The position numbers were made by a program, and so were the translations under genes. The notes beneath the pieces were generated by a model, which worked only from the letters and a program-made list of their open reading frames with translations, was not told where the DNA came from and did not search any database. Shown here in pieces: positions 51,351-64,000 of a stretch of 64,000 nt of DNA (position 1 is its first letter; each line of letters opens with the position of its first letter). Source of the DNA: Octopus bimaculoides (Eukaryota); NCBI RefSeq assembly GCF_001194135.2, contig NC_068985.1, positions 20,002,354 through 20,066,353 of the forward strand, read 5' to 3'.

Positions 51351-52044
51351 CTAAATTATAATAATCCATAGTAGAACAGAAAACTATGACAAGCAACAAG
51401 ACACGTCATGAAACACTATGCAGAATAATTGAAAGTATCAATATCTCTTACAATAGCCACACCACATCGCAGGTGACAGTAACAATTTCCGATAATGTAT
51501 CTACACTCAAACAGAAAACAAACATTGTTTTCGAATATCAGCCACCAAAAATAACTTATGGAGAATAGGAATAAAATGCGTAAAATACGTATCTTCAAAC
51601 ATAAGCCGTAATCGCAGATTCTTATCTATGCCAGATGCAAGGAAAGCAAATGAAAAATCTACATCTTCAAAAGCCTTAATCTGAAAAATTTCAAACGTAC
51701 AACTAAAATATTTTGAGCTCGAAGGAGTTATTGTACTCACTAATATCTACAACGCTGCCTAAATCTCCATTATTAGGAAAGTGATAAAATTTATCGCAAT
51801 TCTGAAGCATCCTATAAAAAACAACACAAAACAGAGCAAAACAAAAAGCAAGAGAAATGATATCACTCAGATCCATCAACTTCCTATACACACCTTTAAA
51901 CATTTTAGGGAAAAGTTCTCGATATCTATTCATAGCTCATGCATTCCAATGTTCAAATCATAACACGGGATCAGGCACTACACTAAACCACTGTACAACT
52001 CACAAAACTCACACAAAATACATGACGGTTTCAACGGTACAAAC

Positions 52045-52886
52045 TACGAGGTGTTTTCCAGAAATTTTGAGATTTTTATGTTGGGAGAGGCAGTTATAAC
52101 TGCAATTTTAGTATATCGTTAATATAAATCTAATAAACTGAACTATCCAATAACTTTTGTTATTCCAGATTGAAGGAGACGGCTGTAACAGCACTTTGAA
52201 TACACCCTACTAAACAATGCTTGTCACACCTGACTGGTTTGCAGAATGCGCTTGGAACGCAAAGACAATTTAGAAATTCGCTATACAATAAAGTTTACAG
52301 TTAAACTGGGTAAAAACGCTGCAGAAACTTATGAAATGTTCCAGAACTGTTTATGGATTAACTCGTATGAGCTGAGCATCTGTTTTACGCCGGTTTAAAA
52401 GACCAGGCACAAGTCATGATGATCCCTTTTCCAACTGCAAGGGAATCATCTACATCCACTAAGTTTCTCTGGCCCGTTGGTCTACAAAGACTAATTCTTG
52501 GAGGTTTTGAGGGAGTTCAGGAAGAGATTTCGTCGCAAAAGGTCTGATTACAGGTACCAGTTCACAATTCCATATTGGTAACCAAAAAATTGACAGAGAT
52601 AGGCATCAAAACTGTCCCTCACTCTCCCTAAAGACCAAACCTTGCTCCCTATGACTTTTGGTTGTTTCTCTAAGTTGAAAGAGAAGACGAAGGCGGCTGT
52701 GACAAGGATCCTGGACACCTTCACTTTGGAGGATTTCCATGGACTTTCGCGAAATGACTGGAGCGTTACAAAAATTGCATTGAAGCCAGAATAGCCTATT
52801 TTGAAGGAGATTAGAGTTTTGTATTTACTTGAAATAATAAATGCTTCATCTGAAAATGTTTCAGAACTTCTGGAATGCACCTTGTA
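52045..52886 (+). mobile_element. Internally deleted mariner with TIRs and TA ends
   Basis: TAcgaggtgttttccagaa... / ...ttctggaatgcaccttgTA. Peptides IKFTVKLGKNAAETYEM, PNLAPYDFWLF, LERYKNCIEA...YFEGD*. Confidence 0.85.
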
Positions 52887-53479
52887 AATTAAACCTACGT
52901 GCATCACTGACATCTGGCAAAATTTCGTCGCCATCTTTCATCACTCATATAAAATACTCAGTATAGTTACTTAAAAAAGAAACAATATAAAATCCTGTCC
53001 GGCAAATTAGTTTACCATACGTATGCAGTATTCAGTAATAATACATGTAGAATTTATAAATTCCTAAATGGTGTACTACAAAGATATATCCTTTCATATA
53101 CACTTTTTAGCCTGTATCCATACGATCTTTCCACCACATCCTCAAAGCACATGCCCAGCCTTATACGCAGTTGTGACAGGGTCCCACATTTGTAATATAG
53201 TGACTTGGGAACCTAGATCGACTGAAATTATCACAAAAAATTAATGGATAAAACTTCCTATAATGGGATTTAAAACACAAAAAAAAAAATACGCAAAGGA
53301 TCCAATAAGATCACTCAACTAAATGATTGAAATTAATTTTCCTTACTTGTTATTTTTAGGCTTTAGGTCGACTTAGGGGGAGTTTTTGTTTCCTAATGGC
53401 ATGGATAAGCTCATTTGATTGAAGTTTTCCAACTCACTGTATTACATATGGATACCCTGCAGAACACTCAGGAGGTAAT

Positions 53480-53980
53480 TACCTTCAACCATATTATGGG
53501 TAAATGGCACAACATTCGTTTCATCCTACTACTTCCAGACACAGCTGCATACATTCTCCAAACGTACACCAACCACCAAGAAACCTAGCTCTAAAACAAC
53601 AGACATACTGTAGCAAATGCCAAATTTCACTGTCTCTTTTCCTCTCAGCCACACCAGAAAACATTAATTACTACCAGCAACCAACATAAACTTTCGACAC
53701 TACAAAAGTACTTGAAGTTACATAAAACACACGTATAACATTCACAGCACATGTAGAAGACATTAGAAAGAAAGGAAAATGGCGCACAAACACAGAGTAC
53801 TCACAGTCACTGCATATTGCCAAGGCACACATAAAAGACAAAACAGTAATATTAACGAACAAGAATGCATTTGATCGATCTCAAACGTGTCAGTCCTATT
53901 TAAGCTCCACTCCTCTATCTCTTCACGAAAACGCGCAACAAACTACAAAGAACACAAAACACAGCACTTCACAACAAATA
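53480..53980 (+). pseudogene. LINE RT C-terminal remnant
   Basis: TKVLEVT..TRITFTAHVEDIRKK (xKILGVTFD..F..H) and KLQRTQNTAL. Confidence 0.55.
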
Positions 53981-54415
53981 AAGCTATAAATAACACCATG
54001 TAAATAGTGGGTAAAAACAAAAAGACCCTTTGGATAGAGAGGGTAGGAGGCTGACATATGACGCGAGCCCACACTTTCTGTGAACGTGACAGACGTTCTA
54101 TTACTGGACCAAAGAAATCTTTCGAAATTCTTCTACGTCATTAAAATTCAGAAAGTTCGAAGGGCTTAGAATGATTCGTTTTTAGGGGTAGAACACGAAG
54201 TAGATAAAGTTATAAATAATAAAATGAAAATATTGTGAAGCCAGCGAGTGTTTCTATCTAAAGAGGGGTTTTAACTCAATATTTACAAGCTATTATGAAT
54301 TTTTATTTCAACCGTTAAAAACGAATTATTTCATGCCTTGAGAAGTTTCTAAATTCTTATGAAAAAAAACAAAAAAAAACAACAAAACAAAACAAAAGGA
54401 AATTTGAACATTCCT

Positions 54416-55020
54416 GTAGGCGCAGGTGTGGCTGTGTGGTAAGAAGCTTACTTAAAGGCGGCGAGCTGGCAGAAACGTTTGCATGCCGGGAGAAATGCTT
54501 AGCGGTATTTCGTCTGCCGTTACGTTCTGAGTTCAAATTCCGCCGAGGTCGACTTTGCCTTTCAACCTTTCGGGGTCGATAAATTAAGTACCAGTTACGC
54601 AATGGGGTAGATGTAATCGACTTAATCCGTTTGTCTGTCCTTGTTTGTCCCCTCTATGTTTAGCCCCTTGTGGGCAATAAAGAAATAAGAAGCTTACTTC
54701 CCAACCACATGGTTCAGGGTTCAGTCCCACTGCATGGCACCTTGGGCAAGTGTCTTCTGCTATAACCTCGAGCCGACCAAAGCCATGTGAATGGATTTGG
54801 TAGACGGAAACTGAAAGAAGCTCGTCGTGTGGATATAGTTATATATATGCATATATAGTTATGTGTGTGTCTTTGTGTCTATGTTTGACACCCACCATCG
54901 CTTGACAACCGATGCTGGTGTGTTATGTCTCCGAAACTTAGCGGTTCGGCAAAGGTGTTCGATAGAATAAGTACTAGATTTACAAATGGCCACAGTCAAA
55001 TGACTGAAACTTGAAAAAAC
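54416..55020 (+). mobile_element. SINE family A (54454-54685) nested in the head of a SINE family B
   Basis: taagaagcttactt duplicated at 54440-54453 and 54686-54699. The host SINE continues with cccaaccacatggttc. Confidence 0.92.
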
Positions 55021-55477
55021 AGACTATTCCTAGCAAGGAATTTGTAAATGTATCAACCTTCAGAACATCATAATCCTTTTTGTTATCTATGAAAAAAACA
55101 GATCTTTTCTGTTAATGTCACAGATTCGGAAATTTTAAAATTGTTAATGGAAATTTTCAAATTTGCTGTATGCTGAATCCGAATTTGGGATCCATTTTAT
55201 TTTTTTCAGAAAAAAAAAAAAAAGAAAAATGATACAGAGGTTCGAAGTTTGATCATTTTTAGCCAATCAGTAAACAAGAAGCCGAAATCGGCATTTTCTG
55301 CGTGATGGCTGTCTGTCACAAAGTGATCCTCGTCAAAACCTGTGGTGATGGTTGTAGTGGAGAAAGTGTCACAGGCGCGTCCGCACAGCGTCCTTGTTAC
55401 AACGGAAAAAGGGCAGTTATGGAAACATAACAATGTGAGATTTATGGTCATGTGCATAATAGTGGCTTTCGGTTGGC

Positions 55478-55991
55478 CTGAAATTTTAGGGGAGAGGGAT
55501 AGTCGATCACATCGACTCCAGTATTTCACTGGTATTTAATTTTATCGATCCCAAAAGGATGAAAGGCAAAGTGGACCTCGGCGGAATTTGAACTCAGAAC
55601 GTGAAAACGGACGAAATACCGCTAAGCATTTCGCCCTGCGTGCTAATGATTCTGTCAGTTCAACGCCTTAATAATGATAATAATAATCCTTTCTACTATA
55701 GGCACAAAGCCTGAGATTTTTATGGGCGGAGGAAAGTCGATTATATCGACCCCAGTGCGTAACTGGTACTTATTTAATCGATCCTGAAAGGATGAAAGAC
55801 AAAGTCGACCTCGGCGAAATTTGAACTCAGAACGTAAAAACGTAATAATTCTTTCTACTGGAAGCACAAGGCCTCAAATTTGGGGGAAGTGATTAAGTCG
55901 ATTACATCGACCTCAGTGCGTAACTGGTACTTATTTAATAGTTTCCAAAAGGATGAAAAGCAAAGTCGACCTCGGCAGAATTTGAACTCAG
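55478..55991 (-). mobile_element. Head-to-tail trimer of SINE family A
   Basis: caaagt.gacctcggc..aatttgaactcagaa occurs three times (~55568, ~55800, ~55962), separated by (ata)n-type tails. Confidence 0.88.
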
Positions 55992-57544
55992 AATTGGAAC
56001 GTAGCGACTTATCTCAGTTAATTAAGCAAAATAGCAGGAAGACGATCACAGCTTGTCAAGGTTGAGACATCCCAGAGTGGCCGGTCAACCAAATCATCAT
56101 TTGAGAACCGACTCACTGGACAATGAACCGTGGACATTCTCCAGAATCTGGGTCAAGAGCCTGAAGGAGAACAGTGCAGAGGATTTGAGGTACTGGTGAT
56201 GGAATGGGATATGTGACGAGTCCATTATTGTGCTCGATACAAGTGCAGTTTGAAGTCTCTAGATATTGACAATGACGTTGTTCCAAACTTCATGTTTGGA
56301 TTCGTTTGCATACATTCAAAGACGATAAAAAGACAAACAATAAAAATAAAACCATTATGTTATTTCCTTCCGCATTTCTAAAAATTGTAAATCCATAAAT
56401 TGAGTTTTATTATCTCAGTATGATGATTATAATGTGAATTCCTAGTGTCAATGATCTATACACCAAACTAAGTTTATTTCATCTAAAAATAAAACCGAAT
56501 ATTTTTTAGTTGTCATCGTGGCATCTCATTTGATTCTGACAATAGCAGGAGTTAAGGAAATATTTTCTTTTGGCGTAGAAATGTAGCTATAGTGTTGTAA
56601 AAGTCCATATTTTTATAGAACATTTGCTATTTTGATGTATTATGATGTGTTTTGACTTGATTCCAACAGTCTGAAGCTGCAATTATTCACTTAAACTGTA
56701 TTTAACGCTAGATTATATCAAATAACACACCAGCTTTTCTGTTACTTCAGAACGGTTCCAGATACCACAAGGTTACACTAGGGAGCAATGCAGCAGTCAT
56801 TTTACAACACAAATTAATTCCCGGTTTCCCTGCTGAGTGATATGACATTGTTTTCACACAGTTTTTTCCTTTGTTATTTTCTCTCCCAAAGAGTTTATAT
56901 TTGACAACATTCCAATTTCATTGATGTCAAGAAAACTAAATCGGTAAATTGGTGCAGTAGATATCTTATAACCAATTGGAAAACGATTAAAGGTTTTAGC
57001 GAACGGTCATAACGCATGACCAAAGTTCTCAGTAAACGGTTTTCATTTACGACCGAAGTTATTTTCCCTTCACAGATACTGTTAACATTTCAGGTAAAAG
57101 AATAGACATCACAAATTTGCATTTACTTTTCTACATATAAAGAAAACAATCTTGTGTAACTAAAATCGTTTTTCTTTTGTGCCGAGCCAATCTACAGAAC
57201 ATAGTACGATAGAGTCGGTTATCAACGTTTTCGTAAACGGAAGTATCTATTAACAGGTTATTAGCCATTTTGACTTTGAGAGACCAGTAAACGAGAGTTG
57301 TAACATTCACACACACTTTTCTTAATGCATTCGCAGGGTAAGTAAAAGGAAATAGATATATATTTCGATAGTGAATTGCAGACTTTAGTTGTTGGGAGAT
57401 TGCCTTTCACTTTATAGCAGTGTTTCTCAAGGTGGAGCTCGCGGGGATTTGGGTTACTTCAGGAACAAGCGTAAGTAAATAGTAAATGGATAAAACTTGC
57501 TATAAAATTTAAGCTAAAACTACATTTGAATATATCGTTTATAT

Positions 57545-57720
57545 TTTACTTGTTTCCAGTCATTTGACTGCAGCCCTACTGGGGCACCACCTTGAACGCT
57601 TTAGTCGAACAACTCGATCCCAGGACTTATTTCATCTGTCAGTTTTCCCGAAGAACCGCTAAGTTACGGAGACATAAAAAACCCCAACAATAGTTGTTAA
57701 GCAGTGGTGGAGACAACACG

Positions 57721-57801
<81 letters not shown>

Positions 57802-57952
57802 ACCCACGCTCGCACACGCACGCACTGTCCCCGCTACCACACAGTTTCCGTTTACCAAATCTGCTCACAGGGCTTTGGCTAGTCCGGGGCTAAAGTAGAA
57901 GACATTTGTCCAAGGTATCGTGCACTGGGATTGGAAAGCTTCTTAACCACAT
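57545..57952 (-). mobile_element. SINE family B with internal (CA)n
   Basis: ttacttgtttccagtcatttgactgc tail, cagtttccgtttaccaaat, agaagacatttgtccaagg. Confidence 0.88.
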
Positions 57953-58199
57953 ACTGTATATTCTATATACTTTATTCATAGTCTGACGAATGTGTTTTCC
58001 TTTTTTATATATTTTTTTTGATTTTGAAAACTTGAAGTGGAGTATAGGACCAAAATATTGAGAAAGACAGTTTCACAACATTCTCATCGACTTGCTATAT
58101 TTCTGCTGTTATGTCATATAAACCACCCACACTTTTGTTATCTCTTATACGAAGCATATTTGCTACGATAACTTCAACACTAAGGATTCACTTGATATA

Positions 58200-58293
58200 T
58201 CTTCTTCTTCTTCTTCTTCTTCTTCTTCTTCTTCTTCTTCTTCTTCTTCTTCTTCTTCTTCTTCTTCTTCTTCTTCTTCTTCTTCTTCTTCTT
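58200..58293. repeat. (CTT)n microsatellite running into an N gap
   Basis: Directly visible. Confidence 0.95.
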
Positions 58294-58697
58294 NNNNNNN
58301 NNNNNNNNNNNNNNNNNNNNNNNNNNNNNNNNNNNNNNNNNNNNNNNNNNNNNNNNNNNNNNNNNNNNNNNNNNNNNNNNNNNNNNNNNNNNNNNNNNNN
58401 NNNNNNNNNNNNNNNNNNNNNNNNNNNNNNNNNNNNNNNNNNNNNNNNNNNNNNNNNNNNNNNNNNNNNNNNNNNNNNNNNNNNNNNNNNNNNNNNNNNN
58501 NNNNNNNNNNNNNNNNNNNNNNNNNNNNNNNNNNNNNNNNNNTTTCTATTCCTCCTCCTCCTTCTTCCACTCCTCTTTTCCTCCTCACTCCTCTGAACCA
58601 CAAGCTCTCCGTTTATCCCTGTGTCTCAACTGCAATGTTTTTAGCTAATCTATCGTTTTAATAAGTAAAAAAAAAATTAATTTCATTGTCGATCCAT

Positions 58698-58732
<35 letters not shown>

Positions 58733-58792
58733 TTTTTCCAAATAATAATAATATCTACTCATCCGGTTTTGAACTTGGAGTTAAAACACGAT

Positions 58793-58978
58793 ACTTACTT
58801 CACTTGCCACGTGATCTGTAGAGATCGCTTAACGCTTTTCGTGTTTGTCGTACGCTGTGTGAGGTGAGGCATGACGAATTTACTAGTAACGCAACGTAAC
58901 AGGAGCTGAAACACTGAATAGCCAGCATCTGTCTGTTGGTGGCTATATTTATCAGCATTTGACGTCAATGATGCCAAT
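58793..58978 (-). promoter_or_regulatory. Candidate Pol II core promoter and first exon
   Basis: CCAAT 58974-58978, CRE TGACGTCA 58960-58967, TAAATATA 58944-58951, TCAGT 58913-58917, then a GTAAGT donor at 58793-58798. 12 CpGs in 58763-58964. Confidence 0.35.
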
Positions 58979-59257
58979 GGAGGGGGATTAATTGTCTAGC
59001 ACTCTGCTCAACTTCCAACACACACGCAGACATAAACGTGCACACACACACGCATGCAGGTACGTAACGCAAACAACCACAAACACGTATGTATGTATGT
59101 AGGTATGTGAGTGCGTGCGTACGTGGATATGCGTGCATGCTTGTACGTATGTATGTACTATGTATGCACAAATGTATATGTTTGTATGCTTGTATGTAAG
59201 CACACACTCAAAATACATATGCACATATATGTATATATATATATATATATATACACA

Positions 59258-59643
59258 CCTACACACAAGTTGGTAATATAATTNNNNNNNNNNNNNNNNN
59301 NNNNNNNNNNNNNNNNNNNNNNNNNNNNNNNNNNNNNNNNNNNNNNNNNNNNNNNNNNNNNNNNNNNNNNNNNNNNNNNNNNNNNNNNNNNNNNNNNNNN
59401 NNNNNNNNNNNNNNNNNNNNNNNNNNNNNNNNNNNNNNNNNNNNNNNNNNNNNNNNNNNNNNNNNNNNNNNNNNNNNNNNNNNNNNNNNNNNNNNNNNNN
59501 NNNNNNNNNNNNNNNNNNNNNNNNNNNNNNNNNNNNNTATATATATATATATATGTATATATGTATATATATATATATATATATACACACCTACACACAA
59601 GTTGGTAATATAATTTCTGCTTGTAAGATGTCTTATATCGAAA

Positions 59644-59691
<48 letters not shown>

Positions 59692-59814
59692 CATGTGAGT
59701 GTTTGAGTGTGTGCGTGTGTGTATGTATATATCTATGTATTCACACGCAAATACACACACACATTAACAGACACATATGTGTATGTATAATAAAGCAGGG
59801 AATGTGTGCATGTT

Positions 59815-59853
<39 letters not shown>

Positions 59854-59989
59854 ATATACACACACACATATGTATATATATGTATACACATATATACATA
59901 TATATATATGTACACACATATGTATACACATGCATATACTCTCAAATTTATATATAGACGCCTACACAGAAGGTGGTAATATATTTTCT
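59258..59989 (+). repeat. Three copies of a ~30-bp unique motif spaced ~330-370 bp apart in microsatellite sequence
   Basis: cctacaca.aag.tggtaatata.tt at 59258, 59590 and 59961. The first two flank an N gap. Confidence 0.75.
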
Positions 59990-61225
59990 ATACACCTTAG
60001 TCTATTTATAGATTGCTGTAGGTGGTCTGGATTCACAGACTTCAGTATTTTTATAGCTTTATGAAATCGTAATTGTTAAAACGACACTTTTATTTTAACT
60101 ATTTCCTTAATTGTAGTTTCAGGTGCGACAATTATCAGCTTGTCTAGTGAGCGCGCGCACACACGCACGCACGGACACGCACTCGTACAATCGCACATAT
60201 ACACACATGCATATGTCTTCTCAAATATTTCTTTTACTGTATGTGTATCGTGTTCTTATTTACAATATTTATCTCTTCCATATATTTATCTTCATGGACG
60301 TCACATCTTCCGTTCTCTTTCCTCAAAGTATCAGCTGTCGGTATATATGAACCTCGTCTTGCCACATGCATTGAATATATATACTACATACGTATATGTA
60401 TACATGTGTATATGTGTGTGTTTGTGTACAGTATATATANNNNNNNNNNNNNNNNNNNNNNNNNNNNNNNNNNNNNNNNNNNNNNNNNNNNNNNNNNNNN
60501 NNNNNNNNNNNNNNNNNNNNNNNNNNNNNNNNNNNNNNNNNNNNNNNNNNNNNNNNNNNNNNNNNNNNNNNNNNNNNNNNNNNNNNNNNNNNNNNNNNNN
60601 NNNNNNNNNNNNNNNNNNNNNNNNNNNNNNNNNNNNNNNNNNNNNNNNNNNNNNNNNNNNNNNNNNNNNNNNNNNNNNNNNNNNNNNNNNNNNNNNNNNN
60701 NNNNNNNNNNNNNNNNNNNNNNNNNNNNNNNNNNNNNNNNNNNNNNNNNNNNNNNNNNNNNNNNNNNNNNNNNNNNNNNNNNNNNNNNNNNNNNNNNNNN
60801 NNNNNNNNNNNNNNNNNNNNNNNNNNNNNNNNNNNNNNNNNNNNNNNNNNNNNNNNNNNNNNNNNNNNNNNNNNNNNNNNNNNNNNNNNNNNNNNNNNNN
60901 NNNNNNNNNNNNNNNNNNNNNNNNNNNNNNNNNNNNNNNNNNNNNNNNNNNNNNNNNNNNNNNNNNNNNNNNNNNNNNNNNNNNNNNNNNNNNNNNNNNN
61001 NNNNNNNNNNNNNNNNNNNNNNNNNNNNNNNNNNNNNNNNNNNNNNNNNNNNNNNNNNNNNNNNNNNNNNNNNNNNNNNNNNNNNNNNNNNNNNNNNNNN
61101 NNNNNNNNNNNNNNNNNNNNNNNNNNNNNNNNNNNNNNNNNNNNNNNNNNNNNNNNNNNNNNNNNNNNNNNNNNNNNNNNNNNNATATATATATATATAT
61201 ATACCCACGTACATACATACATACA

Positions 61226-61531
61226 TTAGGTTGTCAAGAAAGTTCTTGCGGTATTTATCCTTTAAATTCAGATGCACATATCTGGGCTCAAACAAAACTT
61301 TATTGATCGAAATAAACACCATCAGAATCAACACACTTTTGCCAACGCGAAACAAATTTATTTATGCCAGTAGCGTAAAAATTCTGCGTTCTAGTCGCGA
61401 TGAAGTCGTTGAAGGCGTGTTTGGCATCGTCTTGGTTTTTGAAGCATGTCTCACGCAGGAAGTTGTCGAGATGCTTGAAAAAGTGGCAGTCGGTCAGCGA
61501 GAGGTCTGTTGAGTATGGCGGATGAGGCAGA
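61226..61531 (-). pseudogene. Mariner 3' end with Hsmar1-like TIR
   Basis: LPHPPYSTDLSLTDCHFFKHLDNFL...GINKFVSRWQKCVDSDGVYFDQ*. TIR ttaggttgtcaagaaagttcttgcggt. Confidence 0.9.
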
Positions 61532-61693
61532 GTGTAAATGTAAATAATGTAAATAATGTACATAATTCCTCATCTCTTAAATATAGGACACGTATATAAT
61601 TCTTAAACAAAAATATTATAGATAGTGACTTTAAAGTTTCGGCCAGTTAAACCACCGACGTTAAGCCATATGTATATATGAACGTATGTGTGC

Positions 61694-61747
<54 letters not shown>

Positions 61748-62419
61748 TTGTGTATGTGTGTAGAAAGATTGCGTGTATATCAGTGAAGATGAGTGGATGT
61801 AATACACATAGCTAACTGCATACGTATGTCTAATATATATACATAATACATAGATACACACATACATATATGTATATTTGTATATATATATACATATGTA
61901 CAGGGAAAGAGAGAGCGAGAGAGCGAGAGAGATGAGAGAGAGAGGGAGTGCGAGAGAAAGAGTGTGATAGCGAAAGAGATCTATGTTCATATAAGTGTAT
62001 TTATGTATGTGTTTTTAATGTGTATGTGTGTGTGTGTACGTGTGTGCGTTTGTGTGTGCGTACGCGCGCGTGTGTGCTTGTACGTAAGTAAAGTGTAATG
62101 AAGAATACTCTTGCCTGTGGAATGGGGATAATTTTGTAAGGTCTATACAAAAGTGCCTGCAAAAGCTGTAATTAGGGCAGCGTATTCTATATAGCGCATA
62201 TTACATTATCTGTTACAAGTACGTAGCTTTGATATCAATCCTTGAGATTTTTCTCAAGTTTCACCTACATGCTCGATACTCATCATACCTCAGTATGGTA
62301 CAAGTTATTTTAATTAAGTCAAAGCCACTTGTAAATACCAATTTTATCTCCAGCACAGAGTTTTTTGAATTTCTCAGGAATAAAATTCGATATCAAAACT
62401 AAAAGTTGAACTGTTCCAA

Positions 62420-63126
62420 TTAATTTAATACAAGCCTAATAACCGAAAAGAAAAGTGAAGCACACGTGAGCAGATTCGCTAGTCTGAAAGACAAGCAGCC
62501 GAAAAGATTGGAATCACTCCATTGGCATGGTACAATGTCCATAGCAAAGATAATTCTCATTTCATTAGTTGGAACCAGTATAGCTCTTTCACATGGCCAG
62601 TTTACATCAGTGTAATTGACAGATATATTAGGAAATACTTTATCCATAAGATCCTTAAGAGAAAGTATCAATTAATCCCATGTAATTTCATGTAGCTGAA
62701 GTCTTGAGTTGAATGTTAATATCCCATTACCAATCTTAAGAAGCTCGTATGATTACTTTGTAGAAGTCCCCAAAGTTACAATTTTTGTAAGTATGCATTA
62801 ACCTCATCAGCTTTTGATCCTTTGGGGATAACTGGCAACGTTTGACGAAAATCTCCTGCAAGAAGTGTTACTCCTCCCATGAGCGTGCTATTGTTTTTTA
62901 TGTCTTGGAGGGTACAGTCAAGTGCCATTAGAACACCAGGATGTGACATAGTGCACTCATCTCAGACAATGAGGCAAGTTTGTTGGAGAACTGATGCCAT
63001 TGCAGAATCTTTGGAAATGTTGCAAATTTGAGATTCTTTCATTGTAAGGTGTAGAGGGAGCTTGAGCATGGAATGAGCAGTTCTTCCTCCATTGAGGAAG
63101 GTAGCTGCAACACCAGAAGATGCAAC
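62420..63126 (-). pseudogene. Helitron PIF1-like helicase fragment
   Basis: VASSGVAATFLNGGRTAHS.LKLP, DECTM, LAGDFRQTLPVIP, KVFPNI...ERAILVPTNE. Confidence 0.9.
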
Positions 63127-63399
63127 ACACACACACATACACACACACATACGTACGTACGTACGTACGTATGTGTGTATGTATGTATGTATGTATATAT
63201 GAATGAATGTATGTATGTATGTATGTATGTATGTATGTATGTATGTATGTATAAGTGTGTATGCATGTGTGTATTATACACACACATACATGTAGGAGGT
63301 ACTGCATGTAATGCAAAAATTCTTTACTAACACAAGTCGTTCAAATTGCATGTATTAGTAGATTAACTCTCTAAAGTAAATTTTCGTTTTTCTTGCTAT

Positions 63400-64000
63400 T
63401 GCAGGTGAAAAATAGGTTCTAAGCAGAAGCGACAATGCCATCATTGAATTCTTGACAAAATAAGGTTGCAAGACGTCTCGCATCTACCTGAAGGCTCCAG
63501 ATTGTTTTCAAAAGCAATGTGCTGAGATAGATGAAATTTAAAGTAATAGAAACCAACATTGAAGACAAACTACACAATGGAAGACGATCAACTGTGATCT
63601 CTGTCGTGTAGATGGATTGATTCACGCGGACAGACCAGTAACAATCGGTGGGCTTGCTGCACAACTAATCTCTGGTCACAAAACCTTACAGATGGCAGTG
63701 GAAGACTTTCGGTGTCAAAAAATGTATGCAAATTGGGTGCCCCAGTGCTTGACATCTGATTTGAAGAAGGAAGTGTTGCTCACCTATTCTAATCTGTCGG
63801 AAGTGATTGAAGGTAACAAAGATATGTTTCTTTCCCACCTGATAGAGAATGAAAAATGGATGTATCTATATAATTCGGGAACGAAAGCTCATTTGATGAA
63901 ATGGTGTCAGACTTGTTCTCCAAGGCATATAAGAAGTTCAAGAGACAGCAATCGGCACAGAAAGCCATAATGACAAAAGGCATCATTCGTCTTGATTTTG
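63400..64000 (+). pseudogene. Mariner relic, 5' half; related to the 47280-48040 copy
   Basis: AIIEFLTK, DRPVTIGGLAAQL, KMYANWVPQCLT, NKDMFLS..ENEKWMYLYNSGTK. Confidence 0.85.

Noticed and set aside
60140-61512. Long ORFs of 277-423 aa in the track
   Set aside because: They are composed almost entirely of X from the N gap and microsatellite. The same applies to the 58111-59760 ORFs.
1-64000. CRISPR arrays, operons, rRNA or prokaryotic defence systems
   Set aside because: The sequence is eukaryotic repeat-rich DNA with no regularly spaced repeat-spacer array or gene-dense region.

Overview
Eukaryotic, AT-rich, microsatellite-dense DNA with several N gaps. It is most likely a coleoid cephalopod (Octopus-like), inferred from three recurring tRNA-derived SINE families that resemble octopus SINEs as I recall them; I call them A, B and C (my own labels). 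No intact, recognisable host protein-coding gene, rRNA, tRNA or CRISPR array is supported. Most ORFs in the supplied track are microsatellite or N-gap artefacts. The window is mainly a transposon graveyard: many SINEs (some nested, tandem or with TSDs), five mariner relics plus a maT-like and a DUF4817-type Tc1/mariner transposase, and Merlin, hAT, Helitron, RTE/LINE and MITE remnants. The most interesting items are: (i) three degenerate minimal hammerhead-ribozyme-like motifs in Penelope-type short elements; (ii) several long foldback structures, including a 52-bp hairpin nested in an ~420-bp inverted repeat inside a Helitron; (iii) a MITE with octamer/CCAAT-bearing TIRs inserted into a SINE; (iv) a candidate minus-strand core promoter plus first exon near 58.9 kb, and a few low-confidence splice-bounded open segments. 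All of this was read by eye and nothing was database-checked. I did not find a clearly novel system; the candidates below are leads.
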